Shown piece after piece: positions 45,785 to 55,462 of a stretch of 64,000 nucleotides of DNA (position 1 is the stretch's first letter; every line of letters begins with the position of its first letter). This DNA is from a virus (lineage: Duplodnaviria > Heunggongvirae > Uroviricota > Caudoviricetes), in IMG/VR virus record IMGVR_UViG_3300028591_000006, positions 1-64,000 of that record. The stretch is one strand, 5' to 3'. Below the pieces are notes generated by a model. It saw only the letters and a list, made by a program, of their open reading frames with translations, searched no databases and was not told the DNA's origin. Position numbers and translations under genes: made by a program.

Positions 45785-47410
45785 TTAAGCAACATAATTC
45801 TCAAGTTCATGATTTCCGGCAAGCGGAATATCATAACGTACAGTATGTTCAAAATCTTCTGCAACTTCAGTGTAATCAAGACCTTTCCACTTTATCTTTG
45901 ATTCACCAAAACGCATTTTAAGCAGCTTTATTTTATCTCCTATCTCGGCAATTATTTCTTCCCAGGACTTGTATCCGCCAAACTTCATGGCAGAATTCTT
46001 GAACCAGTTTACAGTCTTTACCGTATCCATTACAAAAAATATCGCCATATAAGAATATAAAGTTGGTCGGCTGATTCCAAAAATTTTTGCAATCTCAGTC
46101 AGAGAATAATCGGCTGCAAGAAGAGCCATAAAGTTCTTCTTCATCTTCTTGGCACGTTTAAGCTTCTCTGAACGCTGATTGCGGTTCCAGTATACCGAAC
46201 TTTTCCACTGTCCGTTACTTTCGTTCTTGTCCTTATAGTTTGTTACAGACCATCTGTAAAGCGAATGAACCTGACCGGAAATCTCCTTATCCGAGTGCGG
46301 CTCTTTCATGCACTTGTCTGCAATCTCAATTTTATTTTCAAGAAGGAAGTCTTCCAAATCTTTCTCAGACGGAACGTTTCCCTTTCTCATATTGCTCCAC
46401 ATCCATTCACGTGCATAAATCATAGTCAGCTTATGACGTGAAAGTTCAGGATTCTTTTCGTCAATATCCTGTACATCAAGATTAATGTTCTTTCTCAGAA
46501 TGACTTTCTTTTCATCAAGGAAGTTTATATAATCTGAAAAATCATTACCAGCCGGTCTTCTCTCCCTTAAACTTATAAATCTGTTGTTTACAAAGAGATA
46601 AGACTCCTGGCACACATTAAAAGGATTGCGGCACATTGTACCCTGATAATAAAGGTCAGTACCGCTGAATATTCCCTTAAAATACTTGGCAAATCTTTTT
46701 ACTGTCCGGATATAGACATCGTGGTTTCCTTCATTGCGTTTCACAGTCGGAATATATTTACCATTGGCATTCTTTTCACTTAAATCAATTGTCTTTACAT
46801 ATACCGGATTCTTAAGATAGAACTGTATCTGCCAGTGTCCTGTGCTGATATGTCTTGTGCAAAGACACTCAGGAATATCTCCAAGACTACGCAGCTTATC
46901 AAAGAAAGTCTTTACATCAATTCTCTGGTCAATATCCACGGCAATAAGGTCTTTACGCATTGAAGACTTGCCGCATTCAGCCATAGGAAACATGCTGTAT
47001 TTTCTGTATATACCAAGAAGGCTCTTGAAGTCTTTTTCAGAAGGTCTCAATGTTTCTGTCGTATGCACACGCATAGGACTTCCTTTCTTGGTTTCCTTCA
47101 CGAGAAAACTCATCTGCATGGCATCAGCCAGTTTCTCATAATGCGTTTCATATACTTCAGAATCTCCGATAAGGTCCGGGTCTTTTACAAGATTAAAAGG
47201 ATTTGTTACTGTAGTGAATTGTATTTTATTGGATTTCTTTATATAATTCTTATAACATTTCGTTCGCAGACCGTCAGATTTTCCAACTTTTTCCTGGCGG
47301 TCTTTTTTATTTTCTTCAGCACAATCCATATTTATAATTATAGAATTATCTGATTTTTCGAGGATATTGATATTTTCAGGAGTTTCCGTTATATAATTAA
47401 GACAGTCCAC
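45785..47410 (-). CDS. putative AEP-family primase (PrimPol-like); real start may be the internal ATG at 47330
   Basis: LIAVDIDQR (AEP motif I, DxD), STGHWQIQF (motif II, sG.H) and GNHDVY (motif III). The promoter motif at 47334-47362 lies inside the annotated N-terminus. Confidence 0.4.
   Translation of the reverse strand: MDCLNYITETPENINILEKSDNSIIINMDCAEENKKDRQEKVGKSDGLRTKCYKNYIKKSNKIQFTTVTNPFNLVKDPDLIGDSEVYETHYEKLADAMQMSFLVKETKKGSPMRVHTTETLRPSEKDFKSLLGIYRKYSMFPMAECGKSSMRKDLIAVDIDQRIDVKTFFDKLRSLGDIPECLCTRHISTGHWQIQFYLKNPVYVKTIDLSEKNANGKYIPTVKRNEGNHDVYIRTVKRFAKYFKGIFSGTDLYYQGTMCRNPFNVCQESYLFVNNRFISLRERRPAGNDFSDYINFLDEKKVILRKNINLDVQDIDEKNPELSRHKLTMIYAREWMWSNMRKGNVPSEKDLEDFLLENKIEIADKCMKEPHSDKEISGQVHSLYRWSVTNYKDKNESNGQWKSSVYWNRNQRSEKLKRAKKMKKNFMALLAADYSLTEIAKIFGISRPTLYSYMAIFFVMDTVKTVNWFKNSAMKFGGYKSWEEIIAEIGDKIKLLKMRFGESKIKWKGLDYTEVAEDFEHTVRYDIPLAGNHELENYVA
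47334..47362 (-). promoter_or_regulatory. phage promoter inside the annotated primase N-terminus, 7 nt before the internal ATG 47330
   Basis: CTCGAAAA-14-TATAAT then TATAAAT-ATG. Confidence 0.4.
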
Positions 47411-47612
47411 GAAATAATCTTCCTATTTTGTGAGATTAGAGAAGTATTGGTACTAGACATACCGGTACTTCTCGTTTTTATTTAACCCTAATTTATACCC
47501 TATCCATAATAAAATCAATACATTTCATACAGAATACGCATAATAACGGATATTCAGCCGCATATAAGAGCTATATTATTCATATAGGGGTTTACACTTC
47601 ACCTAGTTTTAT

Positions 47613-47689
47613 AAAAAAAAGAACTACCGGAGTAGGAGTTCCAGTAGTTCAAACAAGATGAATTTATACTTTGTAAAGAACAAGTATTA
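47613..47689 (-). ncRNA. candidate small RNA 4 (about 77 nt) with the same ACUCCUA loop
   Basis: A -10 motif (TTCTATAATTAAG, 47696-47707) lies upstream. The hairpin 47621-47650 (10 bp including one G·U) has minus-strand loop AACUCCUACU and is followed by U8 (plus-strand A-run 47613-47620). Confidence 0.4.
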
Positions 47690-47823
47690 TTTATCTTAAT
47701 TATAGAAATTGTATAAGACTGATATATTCGTTCTGAGAGCCTTTATGGGCATTGGTAATGATATTAGTCGATTTAATGCAGAAAGTCGCTCAGAAACAAT
47801 CCTAGGGGCATTATAGACCAAAT

Positions 47824-48303
47824 TTAGAAGGATAATTCTTTCTTCAAATCAGCATTGTTTGTTGGTTTAAGAAAATATGTCCTTTTAAGTACCTGACCCA
47901 AACCATCATCCTTAATTGCAGCAACGACAAATATCATATCACCCCAGATACTTGTAGCACCCGGAATGGCTGTACGGATATAATCATTTTCATGGAGCGG
48001 AACATCTGATTTTATGAAAGCTGAGCATAATTCTTCAGAATCTTCAGGAAACCAGTTGAAATGATAAAACGTTGATTTGGATATCGTGAAGTTTATCCAG
48101 ATACGTGACTCATAACGCTGATATTTATTACCGAGAACCTTATCGCTGTCGAGTTTTTTCACTTCATCATAATTTACATCTTCATATCCGAGATTAGTCT
48201 GGTTTGACGGAGTAAAAATGGATGCCGGTTGACCCCAGATAGAAAGCTGCCGGTCCATAAACTCGATATACTGCTCATAATTTATGAAGTTTTCGATACT
48301 CAT
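47824..48303 (-). CDS. hypothetical protein (159 aa)
   Basis: Minus-strand ORF. Confidence 0.4.
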   Translation of the reverse strand: MSIENFINYEQYIEFMDRQLSIWGQPASIFTPSNQTNLGYEDVNYDEVKKLDSDKVLGNKYQRYESRIWINFTISKSTFYHFNWFPEDSEELCSAFIKSDVPLHENDYIRTAIPGATSIWGDMIFVVAAIKDDGLGQVLKRTYFLKPTNNADLKKELSF

Positions 48304-48305
48304 AA

Positions 48306-49106
48306 CTAAAATTCCTCTATTTCAGAATCTTCATCGAACCATTCATCCGGATTTCCGATTTCACCTTCAGAAACATTGTCCTCTTCAGCGGTTTCTTCTT
48401 CCATTTCGTGAACTTCTTCGATATCTTCCATGTCTTCTATAAGTTCATCATCTTCAGCGGCAATGCGTTCAAAGAAAATATCGCCTTCGTCATTCTTCTT
48501 ACCGATTGTGATTGTAGTACCCTGTGGATTTACGGCATAAATGGACTGACCATCATTAAGTCTGTCATAATAAGCTGCGAACATTTTGGCGATAAGTTCT
48601 TTGTTACGCAGAATCCATTGAAATACAGCGTCTTGGTGTTTACATATAGTTCCACGAAGATTTGGATTTCTTATTTTTGGAAACCTTTTCTCTCCTGGGA
48701 TTCCATAGAGATATCTTAGGGCATCTGCTTCATAATTATAGCCCCAAAATGTCGCTGCCGGGCATCGACACCTTGCGTGAATATCACCAAAGTTGATTGC
48801 ATAATCAATAGCATCCTCAAAATCAATATCACGGTCTTTGCCAATACAGTAAAAATCCTCAAACAATACATAGACATCATACCAAGTTTGATTAGTACCT
48901 GTTCTCCCATCTTTGAACTTTACCGTTTCTCCGAAGTGGGAAGATTTAATCTTAAATTTCAGAGTGTTTGCATAACAATATTCCAAAACAGGTGATTCAA
49001 GTTCTTTAGTATATTGGTCATGATGTATAAAGTTTCCATCTCTGTTATCGAGTAATTCCTGAATTGTAAATGAATATATGGGTTCTTTTAATTTTATGTT
49101 CTGCAT
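48306..49106 (-). CDS. SWIM-type zinc-finger protein with an acidic C-terminal tail
   Basis: CRCPAATFWGYNYEADALRYLYGIPGEKRFPKIRNPNLRGTICKH fits the SWIM pattern CxC...CxH. The C-terminal 60 aa are highly acidic. Confidence 0.4.
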   Translation of the reverse strand: MQNIKLKEPIYSFTIQELLDNRDGNFIHHDQYTKELESPVLEYCYANTLKFKIKSSHFGETVKFKDGRTGTNQTWYDVYVLFEDFYCIGKDRDIDFEDAIDYAINFGDIHARCRCPAATFWGYNYEADALRYLYGIPGEKRFPKIRNPNLRGTICKHQDAVFQWILRNKELIAKMFAAYYDRLNDGQSIYAVNPQGTTITIGKKNDEGDIFFERIAAEDDELIEDMEDIEEVHEMEEETAEEDNVSEGEIGNPDEWFDEDSEIEEF

Positions 49107-49120
49107 AAAAAATATATAAT

Positions 49121-50158
49121 TTACTCTTTAGTTTTTCTTTTCTTACCCAAATTGAACTGTCTTAATTTTTCTTTAGTTTCTTCTTTCATTGGTAATTTCC
49201 CTCTAACAAATCCTTCTGGACATTTGAATGATTGGACTTGTTTGATTCCATTGTTCCACCATTTCATACCGGTATTACCAACATTATTAAAATTAATTCT
49301 TCCAGGAACAAACCCTGGCGGACACTCTTTACCACGATAATTTTCTTTCCCATTATTGTACCAGTGGGTGTTAACCAAGTTATCTTTAGGTTTACCTGTA
49401 AGAGATTTTGATAAACGTTTTCTGTGCTCTTCTGAAAATTTTCTACCAGTCAATGCAAGAATCATTCTTTCTCTCATTTCAGGTGTCCATTTCCTACCCT
49501 TAGCTTTCTCAGACATTTTCCTACGAGATTCTTCGCTAAGATGTCGACCTTTATTAATGTCAGACATTCTTTTTCTAAACTCTGGATTCTTTCGAGAAAT
49601 TTTATATTTTTCTGAGTTCTTAACTTTTTCACCTGTCTTTTTTCGTTCTTCAGGATTTTGATATCTCTTTTTAACTATTTCTGACATCTTTCTTTTAGTT
49701 TCTAAATTGGCTTTGTGTCCTTTGTTCGGAGAAGGTCTACCCTTTAATTTCTCAGAAATATTTTTACGTTGTTCTTCGGTAATTATTTTTCCTTTGTTTG
49801 CAAGACTTATTTTACGTTTAATTTCAATTTGTCTAATTTCGGAAAGATATAACCAATTACCTTTTCCACCAAGACCACCCGGTGCAATATTAAATTCCGC
49901 TTTTCCAATTTGTTTATACAAACGAATATACTCGATTTCGAGAATATCTAATATTTCTTGTGTATAACAAATTGCTAAAATTCTCTTAGAGAAATTCTCA
50001 ATACCATATTTCTTTTCAGCAGCAAGAATGTGTTTTCCTTTACCCATATAAGAAGTGTCAGTTTCCGGAGTTTTATTCAAAGGACAATGACGCTGACCAA
50101 TATAATTTCTTCCATCACCATTATAGGTAATTTCATAAATGTAATATGTCTGTAACAT
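49121..50158 (-). CDS. GIY-YIG homing endonuclease with NUMOD3-type repeats (paralog 2; start trimmed to MLQTYYIYEITYN)
   Basis: YYIYEITYNGDGRNYIGQ...SYMGKGKHI is a GIY-YIG core. C-terminal half carries repeated basic modules of the form SEEHRKRLSKSLTGK. SD aaggaga before the ATG at 50158. The track ORF's N-terminal extension translates the structured leader. Confidence 0.75.
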   Translation of the reverse strand: MLQTYYIYEITYNGDGRNYIGQRHCPLNKTPETDTSYMGKGKHILAAEKKYGIENFSKRILAICYTQEILDILEIEYIRLYKQIGKAEFNIAPGGLGGKGNWLYLSEIRQIEIKRKISLANKGKIITEEQRKNISEKLKGRPSPNKGHKANLETKRKMSEIVKKRYQNPEERKKTGEKVKNSEKYKISRKNPEFRKRMSDINKGRHLSEESRRKMSEKAKGRKWTPEMRERMILALTGRKFSEEHRKRLSKSLTGKPKDNLVNTHWYNNGKENYRGKECPPGFVPGRINFNNVGNTGMKWWNNGIKQVQSFKCPEGFVRGKLPMKEETKEKLRQFNLGKKRKTKE

Positions 50159-50215
50159 AAATTTTCTCCTTAAATAAAAAACCTCTGATTGAGAATGTCG
50201 AGGAACCACCCTCAC

Positions 50216-50314
50216 AACTGTCCAACTACGAAACAGTTATAACATTCTCAACCAAAGGTCTTAGAATAGTGTAGTTGTATGTAACAGGGTGGTTTGTTTC
50301 CTGTCACATACATT
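50216..50314 (-). promoter_or_regulatory. pseudoknot-like structured 5' leader of GIY-YIG homing endonuclease 2
   Basis: Helix A (50228-50237 / 50277-50286, 10 bp), helix B (50241-50249 / 50306-50314, 9 bp) and helix C (caactac / gtagttg). Helices A and B interleave. Confidence 0.4.
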
Positions 50315-50327
50315 ATAAATTATAGAA
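50315..50327 (-). promoter_or_regulatory. phage promoter (-10 motif) driving the structured leader of GIY-YIG paralog 2
   Basis: AATTCTATAATTTAT. Confidence 0.4.
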
Positions 50328-50341
50328 TTTGATTTGTCTAC

Positions 50342-50587
50342 TTAAAATCTCCTGTTGCCATCAAGTTCCTGCATAATGAACGGTAATACAAGAGTGTTGA
50401 TAATCTCAGGGTCGGTATCTTCAAAAGAAATACTTCTGTCATTTATCACATAAGATGAACCGTTATCAATAACCTTGACAGTATTTTCTCCGTTACTGAT
50501 TTCACATTCATCATCTGACAGCGGTTTAACGTCAACACCTTTCGGCATGATTGAGGCAAGCAATGTCCATTTATCTTCGTTTTCCAT
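50342..50587 (-). CDS. hypothetical protein (81 aa)
   Basis: Minus-strand ORF. Confidence 0.4.
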   Translation of the reverse strand: MENEDKWTLLASIMPKGVDVKPLSDDECEISNGENTVKVIDNGSSYVINDRSISFEDTDPEIINTLVLPFIMQELDGNRRF

Positions 50588-50621
50588 ATAAGAAATATAT
50601 AATTATATTTGAGGAGTTATT

Positions 50622-50900
50622 ATGAGTAACGAAGAATTATTAAAATACTGCCAGAGCAGAATTAAAACCTATACGTTCCACAAACTCAGCCTTAAGGGAG
50701 TTACAGACAAGGAACGTTTCAATGAATGTGTAAATGCACTTATTGACGATATCAATGATGATTCGGCTATGCTTATGGATATTGAAAAGAATGGCGGACC
50801 AGTTCCAAAGCCGGTAGTTCAGGCTTTTGCAAGTCTTGGTGCATATTCAGATAATGTCATGCAGTTTTATTGCCGCTATAAAGAACTGATGAATCTGTAA
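50622..50900 (+). CDS. hypothetical protein (92 aa); plus-strand cassette
   Basis: SD gaggag 6 nt before the ATG. Confidence 0.5.
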   Translation: MSNEELLKYCQSRIKTYTFHKLSLKGVTDKERFNECVNALIDDINDDSAMLMDIEKNGGPVPKPVVQAFASLGAYSDNVMQFYCRYKELMNL

Positions 50901-50908
50901 AAATTTCT

Positions 50909-50939
50909 GTTGACATAATCTTTTAGTATCTGTTATAAT
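50909..50939 (+). promoter_or_regulatory. sigma70-type promoter for plus-strand gene 50959..51303, sharing a 19-mer with the 12.7-kb promoter
   Basis: TTGACA (50909-50914). TTTTAGTATCTGTTATAAT (50921-50939) is identical to 12698-12716. Extended -10 TGnTATAAT. Confidence 0.6.
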
Positions 50940-50958
50940 CATATTCAAGGAGCAGATT

Positions 50959-51303
50959 ATGATTAGTAACTGTCTGATTGAAGCGATTAAAGCAAAGATT
51001 AAAGACCCTAAGAACGTAAAGATTTATCTTTATCCGCCAAGAATTAATGACGGAAAGGTTCATTTTTACTGGACTAACAAAGGGTCTTTTTATCATTTTA
51101 TTAAAGACAGCAAGAAATCAATCATGCTCTTTGAAGGTCACGTAAAAGAAAGTAATGAAAAATTGTTTTATTCTTTTATGGGTCATAAAATGTTTACTTC
51201 AGGATTAAACAGAGAACAGTCATATCAGCTTGCAAAAAAATATCGTCTCCCATTTACGAGAGACGATATCGAGCACATTTATTTCAATGAAGAAAATGAT
51301 TAG
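50959..51303 (+). CDS. hypothetical protein (114 aa); plus-strand cassette
   Basis: Sigma70-type promoter with an extended -10 lies upstream. SD aaggag. Confidence 0.5.
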   Translation: MISNCLIEAIKAKIKDPKNVKIYLYPPRINDGKVHFYWTNKGSFYHFIKDSKKSIMLFEGHVKESNEKLFYSFMGHKMFTSGLNREQSYQLAKKYRLPFTRDDIEHIYFNEEND

Positions 51304-54300
51304 TAATCTTCTTTACTGTAATGGCTGAACTTCATGGTTCCGGTATCTTCAGAATAACCGGCATCCTGAACTCTACTAGCAAGAGTAGAATTTCGTGCCT
51401 TTTCTTCAGTAGGGAATACTTTAGCCTGTTTGTCTGTAGACCATCCCTGAGCATTGTTATCAAGACTTACGAATTCCCAGCGACCATTCTTCAGAATCTC
51501 AATAACAGTTTCTTCATCTGCTGTAAGTACAGATTTAATCAAGCTGCTTGCAAGGAATGTGCGTTCATCAATCTCATTACCGTTATGGTCAAAGAGTGTA
51601 TAACCGTACAGTTCATCCGGTTCAAGGTCATAGAAATCAGCGGTGTCGCCTTCATCACAGTATGGGTCGGTAGGAGTTACTTTTGTAATCTGCCATGAAG
51701 TATACTGTTCACGGTCTTCATCCCAGTCTTCACCATCAAAATAATAAATAAGACCTTCAGCCTCAAAACTGCCAAATTCTTCACTCGGAGAAAGAATCTC
51801 GTCAGAGAATTCATCACCTTCATTGATTGTATCACCTTCTGAATATGTATGGGTGTATGGATTAAGTTCAATACCGGTGCACTGCCATCTGTCATCAGAT
51901 ACTTTCTGGAACCAATACTGATTTCCATCACCGTCTTCAAGATAACATTCATCAAAACCTACATCTACATCATCTTCTGTTTTCCAGTTCCAGTAATCTT
52001 CTTTGTTTGGTTTCTGGAAGAGTGAAGAATTTGTACGCAGAGCATCTTCAACTTCAGCCTGTAAAGATTCAATGAAACTGTCATATTCAGAATCACTTGC
52101 ACGTTCTTCATGGTCGAGCCACTTCTGAATCTGTTCATTTACAGTCATATCTACTTTTTCAATGAGATAGCGGGCTGCGGCATTTACTGTTTCATTACCA
52201 TAGCCACGACCAATCATATCACCATCGTTGTTGTAACGATAAATAATCTGTGATGCTGCACGAACGATTTCACCACCAACAGTATTTGATTTTCCACTGT
52301 CGTTACAATACTGTTCGAACCATGTCTCAAGGTCACCATCAACATCAAACTCAGCGTTGATATCTTCTGCAATATCAAGGATTCCCGACTTAATCAACTT
52401 AGGTTTGTACTGTTCAATCCAAGATGAAAGAATCTGTTTTGCATAACCTACATTGATGTCCTGTTTCTGAGCGATACATTCTGTAGCATAATCTTCTGAC
52501 CATTTACCTGAAAGAATGTTCTTTACAGTTTTTACAGGGAACGAACGGTTGCTTGTAATTTCAGGTGATTCTGGCTGAATAGTATTTGTATCAATGCCAT
52601 GTTCATCTAAAACTTTATTTATGATACTTATGGCAAGTTCCTTATTATCAAAACAAGGGTCATCTTCATCTGTATATTCGCCACCTTTAGATTCATACTC
52701 TTCAAATATTTCATCGAAACATTCAGCATCATAAATGGCATTTTCAATTGGTGTAGCCATATCTTTACCGAAAGTATCGTAAAGTAAATCAAACAGAGCA
52801 TAATCTTTTACATCATCGTCAATCTCTCTTTCATCTTCTTCATTATCATATTTATCCCATTCTCTGAAATCATTCATACGGAAGATGAAAGCAAGGTCTT
52901 CTGCAAGTTCATCATATCCGGCAGCCTGAGTAAGATTGTCAAAGAGCTGGTCTTCACCCATAATTTCCTTAGCCGATTCATATTTATCCCAACCATTATC
53001 ATAATCTTCAAGTTCTTCTGCAAATCCCCACTGTTGAGCGATATAATCAATGTTCTCTTCAAGAGTGTTATCGCCCATGGCTTTTGCAATCTGTTCAAGG
53101 GCATCTTCCTTTCCGAAGTATTCTACGAATAAATCAAGGGCTTCAGGAACATCAGAAGAGCGAACTTCCCAGCCACCGTCTACTGCTGAAGTGATTTTGC
53201 GAGATGAAGTAATATCGTACATAAGGTCTTTATCGATACTTACTCCGAATTTATTTTCAAACCATTTCCATATTTCAAAACGGTCTGTTCCAGCTTCAAA
53301 TTGCAAAAAATCTTCTTCAATTTCATCATTTTCGTTAATAGGGATATTTTCAAAATCAGTCCACAATTTTTTTGCTTCTTCAAGATTTTTCTTTGAACTA
53401 AATAACCCCTTATTCTCTTCCTGTCCTTCAGATGCTTCAGAATCAGTAATGGTTACATCCTCACCCCATTCATTTACAGCTTCTTCATAAGTATCTGCCG
53501 AGCCAAGAACTTCTCCACTTTCCGGGTCTGTTGCAATATAGCGAGCTGAAGTGATTTTACCATGTGGCGAAACATATTTTTTAAGATTTTTCAATTCATC
53601 ATAAGAAATAGTATTACCACAATTATAACATTTAATATTATGTTCTTTAATGTTTTCAAACAATTCAGGTTCACCACAATTTGGACAACAAAGATATGAG
53701 TCTAAACCTGAAGTGATTTTACGAGATGATTCGATTTGTTCATTTTCAAAACTAACAATTCCTATAGTATCTTCTAAATAATGTGTACAATCAATTATTA
53801 TTTTCCTGCATTCCCTTTTAAGATTATAACTATTTACATTTACCTTTTCAGTTTCATACTTGAATATATCATTCTCATGTTCGCCAAAACCAAGTACTGA
53901 ACCATAGACTATTTGATTTTCTTCATTAATGTAGATAGTAAAACTACCATCACGATGTTTATGGTCAAAATTAAAATTATCCCAAGATGGTCTTGTAATT
54001 ATATAATCTTTTTTCAATTTCATTTCATTTATCAATTCAAACATAACATCAGTAAATTTACCACCATCTGTTACTCGTTCTGATTTAATAGGTCTACGAG
54101 AATTACGAACATAAGAGCCGCCTTCAACTTCTGTAACCCAAACATCCGTTACAGCAACTCCCTGAGCATTTTTGGTGTCTTTATAATCTTTCCAACTTTT
54201 TGAAGTGAAATAAGTATGCTGAACAGAACCGTCAGAACTTTGAACTGTAAGAACAGCCTGATTTCCACGACTCTCAATTGCGTCAATGATATTTTCAACA

Positions 54301-54608
54301 TCAAGGATTCCCATACCTCTTGTATCGATATAGTAATCATCATATCGAGTTCCTTCTGCTACATTCTCGAATTCTTTCTGTGATGAAGAGATTCTATGAG
54401 ATGATGTTAATTCGACACCTGAATAATATCTGTCTACATTTTCTTGGTTTTTGAACCATTTGCATAATTTAAGATAATCTTCGTGAGAACACCTTCTTCC
54501 GTCTGAAAAAGCAAGAGCCAGCTCAGGAATATTCAAACCGTTTCTCTGACCAAAATTAACAGCCCTTTTAATAAAATCATCTGTTTCAGATTTAATATAT
54601 TGTTTCAT
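51300..54608 (-). CDS. large highly acidic protein (1102 aa) with a C4 zinc ribbon
   Basis: Asp/Glu-rich over much of its length. CCPNCGEPELFENIKEHNIKCYNCGN motif. No catalytic motif recognised. Confidence 0.55.
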   Translation of the reverse strand: MKQYIKSETDDFIKRAVNFGQRNGLNIPELALAFSDGRRCSHEDYLKLCKWFKNQENVDRYYSGVELTSSHRISSSQKEFENVAEGTRYDDYYIDTRGMGILDVENIIDAIESRGNQAVLTVQSSDGSVQHTYFTSKSWKDYKDTKNAQGVAVTDVWVTEVEGGSYVRNSRRPIKSERVTDGGKFTDVMFELINEMKLKKDYIITRPSWDNFNFDHKHRDGSFTIYINEENQIVYGSVLGFGEHENDIFKYETEKVNVNSYNLKRECRKIIIDCTHYLEDTIGIVSFENEQIESSRKITSGLDSYLCCPNCGEPELFENIKEHNIKCYNCGNTISYDELKNLKKYVSPHGKITSARYIATDPESGEVLGSADTYEEAVNEWGEDVTITDSEASEGQEENKGLFSSKKNLEEAKKLWTDFENIPINENDEIEEDFLQFEAGTDRFEIWKWFENKFGVSIDKDLMYDITSSRKITSAVDGGWEVRSSDVPEALDLFVEYFGKEDALEQIAKAMGDNTLEENIDYIAQQWGFAEELEDYDNGWDKYESAKEIMGEDQLFDNLTQAAGYDELAEDLAFIFRMNDFREWDKYDNEEDEREIDDDVKDYALFDLLYDTFGKDMATPIENAIYDAECFDEIFEEYESKGGEYTDEDDPCFDNKELAISIINKVLDEHGIDTNTIQPESPEITSNRSFPVKTVKNILSGKWSEDYATECIAQKQDINVGYAKQILSSWIEQYKPKLIKSGILDIAEDINAEFDVDGDLETWFEQYCNDSGKSNTVGGEIVRAASQIIYRYNNDGDMIGRGYGNETVNAAARYLIEKVDMTVNEQIQKWLDHEERASDSEYDSFIESLQAEVEDALRTNSSLFQKPNKEDYWNWKTEDDVDVGFDECYLEDGDGNQYWFQKVSDDRWQCTGIELNPYTHTYSEGDTINEGDEFSDEILSPSEEFGSFEAEGLIYYFDGEDWDEDREQYTSWQITKVTPTDPYCDEGDTADFYDLEPDELYGYTLFDHNGNEIDERTFLASSLIKSVLTADEETVIEILKNGRWEFVSLDNNAQGWSTDKQAKVFPTEEKARNSTLASRVQDAGYSEDTGTMKFSHYSKEDY

Positions 54609-54643
54609 AATTACAATTCTCCTTGATATTAAAATATATAATT

Positions 54644-55459
54644 CTATTCGATAAGGTCATCTACGGTAATGACTGGACCCTGTGGTTCAGTAAAGTCTTC
54701 ATTCTCTACTGTTTCAACAGGTTCAGGTTCTTCATCTTCTTCCATACCCATATCTCCGCTCATGTCCATATCAATGTCCATATCCATATCTCCACCGCCT
54801 GAAGGTGCTGGCGGCATATCTTCAGCCATTTCACCTTCCATAACGTTCACAGGTTCTTCTTCCACAACAAACATATTGTCAGCAACATCAAGTATATTTG
54901 CCACATACTCTACGCACTTAAACATTGCCTCTACGACAGTTGTATATTCATGGTCTTCAAGTTTAATCTCAACATCGTTGATTGTTACCTGATTGATGAA
55001 TCCGCTGAAGTGAAGTTTCATTCCTTCAATGATAACACAGTCTTCTTCATACGGACCTTCCTGGATATCACACATCATACCAATATTTTCACAAAGTCCA
55101 TATACAAGGCTTTTCCAGTCGTAAACATCTTCAAGCAGAACGACCGAAAGCAGCTCGTTAAACGTAAGTGTGGTTACTTCAAGAACCGTCTTGTAGAAGA
55201 ATACCGAAAGATAATAAATAAGACTGACCGGAGTAATGAACTGTATTGCCACATATTCATCACTGTCATAATCATTGTTATAGATTACCTTAATGGAACC
55301 GTTACCGATTGAAAGTGAACTTGCAACAGCACCATCTACATTGATAAGAAGTTCAACGGTTTCTGCATTGCTTGTAACTATGAAATCATAGCGGCTTTCA
55401 GGTAACTGCAAGCGTTTGGTGAATTCTTCAGTTACATTCTGTATTGTTTCTATATCCAT
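54644..55459 (-). CDS. acidic protein with a Met/Asp-rich C-terminal segment (271 aa); scaffold or core-like candidate
   Basis: DMDMDIDMDMSGDMGMEEDEEPEP tail. Confidence 0.35.
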   Translation of the reverse strand: MDIETIQNVTEEFTKRLQLPESRYDFIVTSNAETVELLINVDGAVASSLSIGNGSIKVIYNNDYDSDEYVAIQFITPVSLIYYLSVFFYKTVLEVTTLTFNELLSVVLLEDVYDWKSLVYGLCENIGMMCDIQEGPYEEDCVIIEGMKLHFSGFINQVTINDVEIKLEDHEYTTVVEAMFKCVEYVANILDVADNMFVVEEEPVNVMEGEMAEDMPPAPSGGGDMDMDIDMDMSGDMGMEEDEEPEPVETVENEDFTEPQGPVITVDDLIE

Positions 55460-55462
55460 ATT

